NCBI GenBank assembly: GCA_035527515.1
Contig: DATLAJ010000146.1
Span: 65,189 to 129,188, forward strand
DNA length: 64,000 bases
Direction: 5' to 3'
DNA from: a bacterium
Lineage (GTDB): Bacteria; B130-G9
This document shows, piece after piece, positions 40,889 through 48,896 of the stretch. How positions within the stretch are numbered: position 1 is the stretch's first letter; each line of letters opens with the position of its first letter. A program made the translations under genes and the position numbers. Under the pieces are notes generated by a model. That model did no database searches. It was not told the origin of the DNA and was given only the letters and a program-made list of their open reading frames with translations.

Positions 40889-41424
40889 ATTATTGACGGA
40901 GCGAATCCTTGCCTCTTCATGCTCTCCGTCCCCGGTTTCAGACTGCTACACTGCTTCGCTCGCGGCGGCCGTTGCCGGCGCCACGCAGAATCTAGACTCT
41001 CATCAATAGTCTATGCGCTGTCGCCCAACTCCCATCGAATAGCCTAATTGTCTCGGCATCAGCTCAACTCAACCATACCACCCAGACACCACATAACAGT
41101 ACTCCGGAAAATATGGCGGACGCGACTGGCTACAATCTCGTCCTGACTTCTCGCTGCCAGCCACAGTTACTCAGTCCAAGCTAGGGCCCGGACTGAGGAA
41201 CGTTTCCACAAATGCCCTCGGGGCAAATCATCTCGCTAGTCAAAGTACAAAGATGCGCCCGATAGCTGCACACTTCCGCAGACCGCCTGCTGTCGTGCTC
41301 TGGTTGATGTCTGGGTCATCCGAGCGCGCAGTACCCCATGCAAGATAGGGCGTACGCGCTCGCCGCATTGCCCGCTACGAGTCTATCGATCACGGTCTTG
41401 CGCTCGATTGACCCAGGACACCTA

Positions 41425-41637
41425 TTAGCTCTCGTCCAGTCGCAGATTCGTCGCTCGAAGCCCTTTAGGCCCTTGCTCCGTCGAGAAATCCACCTTACTA
41501 CCTTCGCGAAGAGAATCATAATCAGTTCCCTGCACGGCAGAACGATGGAAGAATATCTCGTTACCATCTTCCGCTCGAACAAATCCGAAACCACGGTCTC
41601 TGATCAGCCTTTTAATCTCACCTTTCAAATCAATCAC
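41425..41637 (-). CDS. Cold-shock domain protein.
   Basis: 70 aa: MIDLKGEIKRLIRDRGFGFVRAEDGNEIFFHRSAVQG...GSKVDFSTEQGPKGLRATNLRL. RNP1-like GFGFV and CSD layout. The N-terminus is atypical. Confidence 0.6.
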   Translation of the reverse strand: MIDLKGEIKRLIRDRGFGFVRAEDGNEIFFHRSAVQGTDYDSLREGSKVDFSTEQGPKGLRATNLRLDES

Positions 41638-42164
41638 CTCCTCTCGTCAAAGCCACAAAGCTATGTAATAGTGCATATTAGCTGCAAAGCAGTATTCTGA
41701 GTCATGGATATGAATTGGGATTCACCAATTAAGCAAAAGGGGGGAAACTCGGCCTGTTACTTCGCTTCCAAAATCAGTTTGGAAACAGCAGTCAGCTCGG
41801 GGTTGCTTCCGCTACCTCCCCGACAACATCGAAATCTCACCAACACCTTGGCCTAACCAGGACAACTCTCCTGATCAAACACATCCTTCATCACAGTTTC
41901 CTAAGCCTATTCAGCCAGATTACACATCATGTCCTGCCTCCTCGGCCTCAGATATCTGTTGCCTAAGAAGGTTCAAGACCAAACTCAATAACTGAAACAT
42001 TAAGTCCACGGATATGCAATGTCAAGTGCAATCTCAAAATCTTTCCACTAAACCAAACATCGCCCGGAACTGGATGGCGTCAAGGACTGGATTCGACAGG
42101 GGGCGATTCGACCAAAACGGCGCACGAGACAGGCCCAGAACCAGCCTCCAAAACCGCCGTGCAG

Positions 42165-43526
42165 TCAGGAGAGTTTGTGTGTTGCGCGCCGAAGTAACAT
42201 GCGCCTAGCGAACTTCTTGAGGCGCCCTGCGAACGAGTAGCGGGTTCTCTTCAACGCCTTTCGGTATAGCCTAGCGAGCTCGGCTGGCGTAACGTTCTCG
42301 AGCGCTATCATCTGCGTGGACACGCTGCTGTAGTTCTGGTCGCTCGTGTCAATCAGCAGGTCTCTTTCGAGACAATAATCATGGAGCGGCGAGCCAGGAA
42401 GCGCCTTGGGCAGATTGAACTCCGCATAGTCCAGCTTGAGTTCTTGCGCAAATTGTATTGTTTGCTCGATGGTTTCAACCGTCTCGGTCGGATAGCCAAG
42501 GATAAAAAATCCCATTGTAAGTATCCCCCGCGCTCGTGTCGCTGCGATGGTGGACTCGATGTCAGGAAGCGTGGTCTTCTTGTCGCAGAAGTTGAGCAAT
42601 CGCTGGTTACCGAACTCAATCCCATACATTATCAGGCCACATCTGGCTTTCTCGAGCCAGTCGAGCATGTTGGCGGACATTCTGCCCGGCCGGCCCATAC
42701 ACGCCCACTTGAATCGATCGTAGCCTCGTTCGATCATCCCCTGGCACAGCCTAATCGCCCACTTTTCGTTCAGAAGGAGCAGGTCGTCAGGGAACAGGAG
42801 CATCCCCACGTCGTATTCGCGGCTGCATTTGCCGATCTCGTCGAGCACGTTCTCGACCGACCTTCGCCGCTGCACTTTCCAAAGGTAACTCGAGGCGCAG
42901 AAATGACAGTGAAATGGGCACCCCCGCGTAGCCGTTATCGTAACAACCTTGTCGTCCGGGCGCGTGAAGCCAAAGATGCGCCAGTAGTAGGCATACATAG
43001 GGAGCAGGTCCCTTGCCGGAAACGGCAGATTGTCGAGGTCTTTGATAAACGGGCGGTCCTGATTCACGAGTAGCCTGCCGTTTATGCGGTGGACCAGCCC
43101 GGGTATGCCTGACAGGTCTGTGCCTCGTTCGAGCGCCGAGAGGAGTTCCAGCGTGGTGTGCTCACCCTCGCCTCGGACGCAGAAGTTTATCCAGGCGTGC
43201 TCTTGCATAATTTGCTGATACAAGAAATGAACGTGCGGGCCGCCGAGGACAATCTTGGCCTGGGGCAGCGCCTCGTGGAGCAGCTTGCCGAGCATGACGC
43301 TGGAGTTGTGGGTCCCGGACACAACCGAAATGCCAACCAGGTCCGGCTGTGAACTGCGAACGCGAGCCACCGTCTGGGCGTGGTCGAGTCCGAGATTCAT
43401 CGCATCGAGCATATCGACGTCATAGCCGTTTTCTCTGACAAATGCTGCGATGTATGCAAGGCCAGCCGGCGGCAGAGGCGCGAGGTTCTTACTGAAGGAG
43501 GGAGGGTTGACGAGGAACAGCCGCAT
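42165..43526 (-). CDS. B12-binding domain-containing radical SAM protein (class B).
   Basis: N-terminal cobalamin-binding Rossmann domain (LAYIAAFVRENGYDVDMLD...GISVVSG). Radical SAM CPFHCHFC. Operonic with hflK and hflC (7-nt gap). Confidence 0.8.
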   Translation of the reverse strand: MRLFLVNPPSFSKNLAPLPPAGLAYIAAFVRENGYDVDMLDAMNLGLDHAQTVARVRSSQPDLVGISVVSGTHNSSVMLGKLLHEALPQAKIVLGGPHVHFLYQQIMQEHAWINFCVRGEGEHTTLELLSALERGTDLSGIPGLVHRINGRLLVNQDRPFIKDLDNLPFPARDLLPMYAYYWRIFGFTRPDDKVVTITATRGCPFHCHFCASSYLWKVQRRRSVENVLDEIGKCSREYDVGMLLFPDDLLLLNEKWAIRLCQGMIERGYDRFKWACMGRPGRMSANMLDWLEKARCGLIMYGIEFGNQRLLNFCDKKTTLPDIESTIAATRARGILTMGFFILGYPTETVETIEQTIQFAQELKLDYAEFNLPKALPGSPLHDYCLERDLLIDTSDQNYSSVSTQMIALENVTPAELARLYRKALKRTRYSFAGRLKKFARRMLLRRATHKLS

Positions 43527-43532
43527 GGCTTA

Positions 43533-44414
43533 TTACTTGCGGGCCCCCGAGCGCAAATACTTGAAGAACGGCGAGTCCGGAGCAATCACCAGCGTGGTCC
43601 TGTTATCAACAGTTTTATTGTAGGCCTGAAGCGTCCGCCAGAACTGATAGAACTCCACGTCTTGAGAGAACGCCTCGGCATATATCTCTGTTGCTTCGGC
43701 GTCGCCCTCGCCCTCGGTCGTTTTGGCCTGCTTGTAGGCCTCGGCCAGAATGACCGTCCGTTCCTTGTCGGTCTCCGCCTTGATCTCTGTCGCCGTCTGC
43801 CGACCCTCTGCGCGATATTGCTTCGCCTTTCGCGACCGCTCGGCCTCCATTCGCTCAAAGACAGCGCGCTCGTTCTCCTCGGGAAGGTCTGCTCGCTTGA
43901 TACGTACGTTCACGATTTCAATCCCGAATTCCGTCATCTTTGCCGTGCATTCCTCGGAAACGGTGTCCATTATTGGGCCGCGCTTCAATACGATCTCATC
44001 GAGGTTGTGCTTGCCAAGATCGACGCGCAGCACAGAATAGACTATGTCGTCCAGCCTCGTCTGGGCGCCCGCCTCGTTCACGACCTTTTTCATGAACAGC
44101 AGAGGATCGGAGATTCGCCACCTGGCGTAGTTGTCAATCACAAGCGTCTTCTTGTCGCCAGTTACGATCTCGCGGGGCTCGCTGTCGTACTCCAGTACCC
44201 GCTTGTCGAGAATGCGCACCGTCTGTATCGGATAGGGGACCTTCGCGTGAAGCCCCGGCTCGCGAATTGTCCTCACGAACTTGCCGAACTGAAGGATGAC
44301 CGCCTGCTCCGTCTCATCGACCGTGAAGAAGATCATGTTCACGACGATCGCCAGGAGTATGAACCCGCCAAGCAGATACAGTCCCTTCGGTATCGGAGTA
44401 GCGTTCTTTGTCAT
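43533..44414 (-). CDS. hflC: Protease modulator HflC (SPFH/band-7).
   Basis: N-terminal TM; FTVDETEQAVILQFGKFVRTIREPGLHAKVPYPIQTV; coiled-coil tail. 4-nt overlap with hflK. Confidence 0.8.
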   Translation of the reverse strand: MTKNATPIPKGLYLLGGFILLAIVVNMIFFTVDETEQAVILQFGKFVRTIREPGLHAKVPYPIQTVRILDKRVLEYDSEPREIVTGDKKTLVIDNYARWRISDPLLFMKKVVNEAGAQTRLDDIVYSVLRVDLGKHNLDEIVLKRGPIMDTVSEECTAKMTEFGIEIVNVRIKRADLPEENERAVFERMEAERSRKAKQYRAEGRQTATEIKAETDKERTVILAEAYKQAKTTEGEGDAEATEIYAEAFSQDVEFYQFWRTLQAYNKTVDNRTTLVIAPDSPFFKYLRSGARK

Positions 44415-45436
44415 TTGCCGCCCGCCTCCTTCTTGCTCGGCGCAAGCGTTTGAAAATCGCTCGACAGAAGATTCAACAGATTCACCTGGCCCGTCTCGGT
44501 GAGGATTATCTTCTTGGCCGCCGGTAGAACCGCCTCCATCGTCTCGATGTAGAGTCGCCGTCTCGTAACATCCTTGGCCATCCTATACTTCTCGAGCGTC
44601 TTGAGGAACTTCTGCACGTCGCCCTCTGCGCGCTTGATCCTATCGACCTTGGCGCCTTCGGCCTTCTGAACCATCTGGGCCGCCTCGCCCACGGCTTGGG
44701 GAAGCACTTCGTTGCGATAGCCGTGCGCGTTGTTGATCGTCTTGCTTTTGTCCTCTTTGGCGCTCGCAACGTCCTTGAAGGCGTGGATGACCTGCTGGGG
44801 CGGATGAACGTCCTGCAACTGAACGGCCGTTACGTGAACGCCGAGCGTGTAGGACTGGAGCAGCTCGTCGAGCTTCTCACGAGTCTCGTCCTGAATCTGC
44901 TGCTTGCCAGCCGTCAGAACGTCGTCGATGGAGTGGATGCCGATAACCTGCCTAAGCGCCGATTCAGTCGCGTCCCGGATCGTCCCCACCTGATCCTTCA
45001 CGTTGAAGAGATAGGCCCTGGCGTCGTTGACGCGATACTGGACGATCATCGTCACGTTGACGATGTTTTCGTCGCCAGAGAGCATGTGCGACTCTTGATG
45101 CACGTTTCGCGCAACGCCCTCGACCGTCCTGAAGCCGACCTCGAGGCGCCTTATCTCGGTGAGGCTGACTTTATCAAGGGTCTCTATCGGGTAGGGAAGG
45201 TGGTAGCGAAGGCCCTCCTCTGTGCTGTAAACGTAGGCCCCGAACCGTCTTACAACGCCCTGCTCGCCCGGTCGAACCATGTAAAACCCAGTCAGAAGCC
45301 AAATAACAATGATGGCGAGAACAATCCAGGGGAGACGAACCTTGGGCAGCTTCAAGTTGCCAAAGTTCATCCCAAAGTTCTCACCGCTGCGTCCCTTGGC
45401 CCTCATCTTGCTGAGGTCAAAATCCTGTGGTGGCAT
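44411..45436 (-). CDS. hflK: Protease modulator HflK (SPFH/band-7).
   Basis: TM, then YMVRPGEQGVVRRFGAYVYSTEEGLRYHLPYPIETL. SPFH domain and C-terminal Ala/Lys/Glu-rich tail. Confidence 0.8.
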   Translation of the reverse strand: MPPQDFDLSKMRAKGRSGENFGMNFGNLKLPKVRLPWIVLAIIVIWLLTGFYMVRPGEQGVVRRFGAYVYSTEEGLRYHLPYPIETLDKVSLTEIRRLEVGFRTVEGVARNVHQESHMLSGDENIVNVTMIVQYRVNDARAYLFNVKDQVGTIRDATESALRQVIGIHSIDDVLTAGKQQIQDETREKLDELLQSYTLGVHVTAVQLQDVHPPQQVIHAFKDVASAKEDKSKTINNAHGYRNEVLPQAVGEAAQMVQKAEGAKVDRIKRAEGDVQKFLKTLEKYRMAKDVTRRRLYIETMEAVLPAAKKIILTETGQVNLLNLLSSDFQTLAPSKKEAGGK

Positions 45437-45450
45437 AACTCATCGCTCTT

Positions 45451-45497
45451 CAACGCTCCAAATCAGATCAAACTTCAACGCTCCAAATCAGATCAAA
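45451..45497. repeat. Tandem 25-bp direct repeat in the hflK upstream region.
   Basis: CAACGCTCCAAATCAGATCAAA(c/a)TT occurs twice, 15-60 nt upstream of the hflK start codon on the opposite strand. Confidence 0.6.
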
Positions 45498-45587
45498 TAC
45501 AAATACAAGTTAACAGCGCCATTGGCAAATGTCAAATGATTGTTCACTTCGTTTGAAGCACTTGACGGAACGTGGAAATTGTTGATG

Positions 45588-46096
45588 ATTCACCACAGAG
45601 ACACAGAGAGCACAGAGGCAGGAAGATGGGACAATTCAGGAGAGCTGTGAGCGTGAGGGAGTGAACCACAGAGACACAGAGTCGCAGAGGGACCCATTGA
45701 CTGGGAAGGTTATCGGGCTCGCGATTGAGGTTCATCGGAACCTCGGTCCCGGACTTCTGGAATCTGCCTACGAAGAATGCCTCTGCTGGGAGCTCAAGCA
45801 GGCCGGCCTTAGTGTTCAGCGGCAGATCGCGCTGCCTGTAGTCTATAAAGGATGTGAAGCTTGACGTCGGCTATAGGGTCGATGTAATCGTAGAGAACAG
45901 GCTTATCCTTGAACTGAAGACTGTGGAGAAGCTGTTGTCGATTCACGAGGCGCAGCTACTGACATATCTGAGACTAACCGGTCTGAAAACAGGTCTTTTG
46001 ATCAACTTCAATACTGCTGTTCTGAAGGACGGCATAAGGAGATTAGTCCTTTGACCTCTCTGTGTAACTCTGTGTAACTCTGTGTCTCTGTGGTGA
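45588..46096. mobile_element. Inverted-repeat-flanked cassette carrying a GxxExxY (PD-(D/E)XK) gene. MITE-like.
   Basis: TCACCACAGAGACACAGAG at 45588-45606 (and again at 45664-45680) versus CTCTGTGTCTCTGTGGTGA at 46078-46096, a perfect 19-bp reverse complement. Extra CTCTGTGTAA tandem copies at 46058-46077. Confidence 0.45.
45661..46054 (+). pseudogene. GxxExxY family protein gene (PD-(D/E)XK nuclease superfamily, TIGR04256-like) interrupted by a +1 frameshift.
   Basis: ORF 45661-45864 reads ...GKVIGLAIEVHRNLGPGLLESAYEECLCWELKQAGLSVQRQIALPVVYKGCEA*. ORF 45854-46054 in another frame reads KLDVGYRVDVIVENRLILELKTVEKLLSIHEAQLLTYLRLTGLKTGLLINFNTAVLKDGIRRLVL. Together they recreate the canonical VVYKGVKLDVGYRxD. 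An extra T in GGATGTGAAGCTTGAC at about 45848 breaks the frame. Confidence 0.65.
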
Positions 46097-46111
46097 AAAA
46101 AGGATAGTCGC

Positions 46112-47071
46112 ATGGCAAGCCGAAAGCCGCCCGTATCCATTGTCGTGCCCGTCTATAACGCCGAGGGGACGATAGCCGACTGCGTTGGGGCTCTGCTTGG
46201 ACTGGATTATCCCAGGCGGCTCGTTCAGACCATCGTTGTTGACAACAACTCGACCGATAACACACCCGACATTCTCCAGCAGTTCAACAGCATAGATTAC
46301 GTCTTCGAGCCCAAGAAGGGCGCATATCAGGCGAGAAATACTGGCGCAAAGTTCGCCCAGCACGACATCATAGCCTTCACCGACGCCGACTGCATACCGA
46401 AACCAGATTGGCTTTCGCGCCTCGTCGATGGGCTCGTTCATCCCCAACCGCCAGCCGCCAACCGCCAACGGTCAACGGTCAACCGCCAACCGCCAACTAA
46501 TGGCTTCGCCATCGTGGGCGGGAAGGTTGAGGCATACCCTCCGTCCAACCTCGTCGAGCGATACATAGATTATCGCAAGATACTGGACCAGGAGAAGATG
46601 GCCGAGCGCTCCGAGTTCTCGCTGCCGTTCTTCGTCACCGCCAACTGCCTCGTGAGGAGAGACGTGTTCGAGCAGCTCGGCGGCTTCGACACCTATTTCG
46701 AGATAGCGGGCGACGCCGACTTCTGCTGGCGTGCCCAGCAGGCGGGATTCGGGCTGAGATACAGCCCTGAAGCGGTGATTGTCCACAAGCACAGGTCGGA
46801 CTTGCTGGGTCTTTATTCGCAGTCCTTTCAATACGGTTTCGGCCGCGCCTCGCTCTTTGCAAAGCACGGTGCTAGTTTTCGCCGGAGGTTCAGGTTCGAC
46901 TGGAAGGAGCACGTTTTCCTGGTAGAGAGCATACTGAAGAGCATCATCGCACCGGTCGCTAGACGGCCAAAATCCGAGGCGCTGCTGCCGGTATTTGATA
47001 CAATTGCCTATTCTGCGCTGACGTTGGGCAAGATTTACGGTAGTTTCAAGAGAGGGACGCTCGTGCTATGA
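46112..47071 (+). CDS. Glycosyltransferase family 2 (paralog B) with an internal heptanucleotide-repeat-encoded insert.
   Basis: PVSIVVPVYNAEGTI...VVDNNSTDNT...FTDADC GT-A motifs. 46444-46498 is (CCAACCG)~7.7 encoding PQPPAANRQRSTVNRQPPTN. Confidence 0.8.
   Translation: MASRKPPVSIVVPVYNAEGTIADCVGALLGLDYPRRLVQTIVVDNNSTDNTPDILQQFNSIDYVFEPKKGAYQARNTGAKFAQHDIIAFTDADCIPKPDWLSRLVDGLVHPQPPAANRQRSTVNRQPPTNGFAIVGGKVEAYPPSNLVERYIDYRKILDQEKMAERSEFSLPFFVTANCLVRRDVFEQLGGFDTYFEIAGDADFCWRAQQAGFGLRYSPEAVIVHKHRSDLLGLYSQSFQYGFGRASLFAKHGASFRRRFRFDWKEHVFLVESILKSIIAPVARRPKSEALLPVFDTIAYSALTLGKIYGSFKRGTLVL
46444..46498 (+). repeat. Imperfect heptanucleotide tandem repeat (CCAACCG)n inside the GT2 coding sequence.
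   Basis: CCAACCG CCAGCCG CCAACCG CCAACGG TCAACGG TCAACCG CCAACCG CCAAC. Confidence 0.8.
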
Positions 47072-47125
47072 AGGTTTGGCTCTGGTTTCATGGCCGAGCT
47101 GCAGCTCTCGATCGGCATCGCCGAC

Positions 47126-47194
47126 GTGTAGGGGCGATTCACGAATCGCCCTTAACATCTGATCAGACTAGGGCGGCTCGTGAGCCGCCCCTAC
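47126..47194. repeat. Paired-hairpin REP-like element, family 2.
   Basis: GTAGGGGCGATTCACGAATCGCCC-ttaacatctgatcagacta-GGGCGGCTCGTGAGCCGCCCCTAC. 9-bp terminal inverted repeat GTAGGGGCG/CGCCCCTAC. Confidence 0.7.
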
Positions 47195-47229
47195 AACACC
47201 CAATCCTATAGGAAGGCCTCTGTAATCAG

Positions 47230-48132
47230 GTGAGCGTAGAAACTGAGCATGTCAAGGTTGCGGTTGGGGTCCCGTGCTACAATGCGGCCGCCACTATTGG
47301 CGCCTGTATCGCATCGCTCGGCGAGCAGACGCGCACGCCTGATGAGATAATCGTTGTGGATGACGGCTCCACGGACAACAGCGGCCTCCTTGCCGGATAC
47401 GCTGGTGCGGAGGTCATCTCCCCGGGCGAGAACGTGGGGCTATCCGCGGCGAGAAACCTGCTGTGGCAGCATACGGATGCCGACATCATTCTTTTCGTAG
47501 ATGCGGACACGGTTGCGCGCAGCGACTTGCTGGAAAAGCTGCTCAAGCACTATGTGTCCCCCGAGGTTGGCGGCGTTGGGGGGCAGGCGGTCGAGGCGCG
47601 TATCGAGAGCATTTATGACCTTTGGCGGAAGTTCAGCGCGGCGCAGACTCTCGGGGACCGGGTGCTCGAGGACGCGCAGGTGCTGTTTGGTCTTTGCTGC
47701 TCCTACCGCCGGTCTGTGCTCGAGCAGGCGACCGGCTTCGACCCGTATTTTCGGACCAACGGGGAGGACCACGACATCAGCATTCGGATACGAAAGGTCG
47801 GCCACAGGCTGGTTTACGAACCGGCCGCGGTCGTCGAGCATTACAGGACGGACACGTTCAGGTCGCTGATGAGAATGCTATATCGTTACGAGCTGTTCAC
47901 GCAGGTTGCGAAGATGCGAAACGGCGTCCTGATCGAGAACCATTACAGGACATTCTGGAGACGCGTCGGCTTTTTCTTCGGACGTCTTTCACAAATTGCT
48001 AGTAGGATGCGAGGCTTCAAGTTCGCTTTGATCGACCTGGCGGCGCTGGTTCCCGTCTTCGCCGCGTGCTACAGGGCGAAGTCCCTGGCGAGGCAGGGGC
48101 TCGCGAGGTCGAGGGCGCACTCGAATGTGTAA
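47230..48132 (+). CDS. Glycosyltransferase family 2 (paralog C). Its 3' end lies inside direct-repeat copy 1 of the R-M island.
   Basis: VAVGVPCYNAAATI...IIVVDDGSTDNS...FVDADTV. Colinear with the GT2 at 33773 through FRTNGED and beyond. Confidence 0.8.
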   Translation: MSVETEHVKVAVGVPCYNAAATIGACIASLGEQTRTPDEIIVVDDGSTDNSGLLAGYAGAEVISPGENVGLSAARNLLWQHTDADIILFVDADTVARSDLLEKLLKHYVSPEVGGVGGQAVEARIESIYDLWRKFSAAQTLGDRVLEDAQVLFGLCCSYRRSVLEQATGFDPYFRTNGEDHDISIRIRKVGHRLVYEPAAVVEHYRTDTFRSLMRMLYRYELFTQVAKMRNGVLIENHYRTFWRRVGFFFGRLSQIASRMRGFKFALIDLAALVPVFAACYRAKSLARQGLARSRAHSNV

Positions 48133-48157
48133 TAGATCTGTTGCGATGACTCTCACC
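48034..48157 (+). repeat. 124-bp direct repeat, copy 1 (left boundary of the R-M island).
   Basis: GACCTGGCGGCGCTGGTTCCCGTCTTCGCCGCGTGCTACAGGGCGAAGTCCCTGGCGAGGCAGGGGCTCGCGAGGTCGAGGGCGCACTCGAATGTGTAATAG...GCGATGACTCTCACC. Repeated at 50147-50270 with about 4 mismatches. Confidence 0.8.
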
Positions 48158-48304
48158 GCAGAGGCTCGAAGACCACGAGGTAGGAGGTATTGAGATTCTC
48201 TTGCAGCACGCTTACAGTTAATGAACTGTAGGCCAATAGAGGTCTGGCTTCGGTGTTGCATACAGCGGGAAGCACCAAAGGGGCAGTTTGATGAATAAGG
48301 AATC

Positions 48305-48895
48305 ATGGGAAACCTCGCTGATTACTACTGTGCATTACTGAAGTGGGAGCAAGCGCCGCCGGCGCGACTGGTCGATCCATGGCCACTTGAACTGCGCCAA
48401 GCGGTCGAGGACGAGATCAGGCATGCCGTGCTGAAGAGCGGCATCAAAGGAGAGTTTTGCCCAATCCGGCCCAACAGCACAAACCAGTCCATCGGGAATC
48501 AGGTAGAGGCTTTTGTCGTGAACCGCCTCATCCCCCACGGTTCTTCATATTGCATATCTCCCTGCCCCGGTGCCGGTTACCCAGATAAGATGCTCGCCCA
48601 CAGCGCATCGACGCTTGAAATACCACTGGAGTTGAAAGCTACCAGTGATTGGAATCCGAGCGACACGAATCGTAGAGTATTAACTTCGTCCTCGCACAAG
48701 TTGCGCCAGCAATTCAGAACGCCCATTTATCACCTTCTTATGACTGTCCTCTATACAAATACTCGGGACTGCGCACGCATCGATGCGATACGTCTCGATT
48801 TTCTTGAACCTACAACATCGGTCAATGTGAGACTTGAGGCTTCCGTGAACCACAAGATCCTCGCAACGGGCCCACACCACAGCGTTATCATTTAG
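48305..48895 (+). CDS. Candidate Type II restriction endonuclease (PD-(D/E)XK-like), partner of the adjacent methyltransferase.
   Basis: 196 aa, no recognised family. Possible catalytic YPD...(14 aa)...EIPLELK (PD-ExK spacing). Its stop is 1 nt before the MTase start. Lower GC than neighbours. Confidence 0.4.
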   Translation: MGNLADYYCALLKWEQAPPARLVDPWPLELRQAVEDEIRHAVLKSGIKGEFCPIRPNSTNQSIGNQVEAFVVNRLIPHGSSYCISPCPGAGYPDKMLAHSASTLEIPLELKATSDWNPSDTNRRVLTSSSHKLRQQFRTPIYHLLMTVLYTNTRDCARIDAIRLDFLEPTTSVNVRLEASVNHKILATGPHHSVII

Positions 48896-48896
48896 A

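Noticed and set aside
43380-45556. Track ORFs 43380..44453(+, 357 aa), 44696..45556(+, 286 aa), 42381..43073(+) and 43586..43858(-).
   Set aside because: Antisense to the hflK/hflC/radical-SAM operon.
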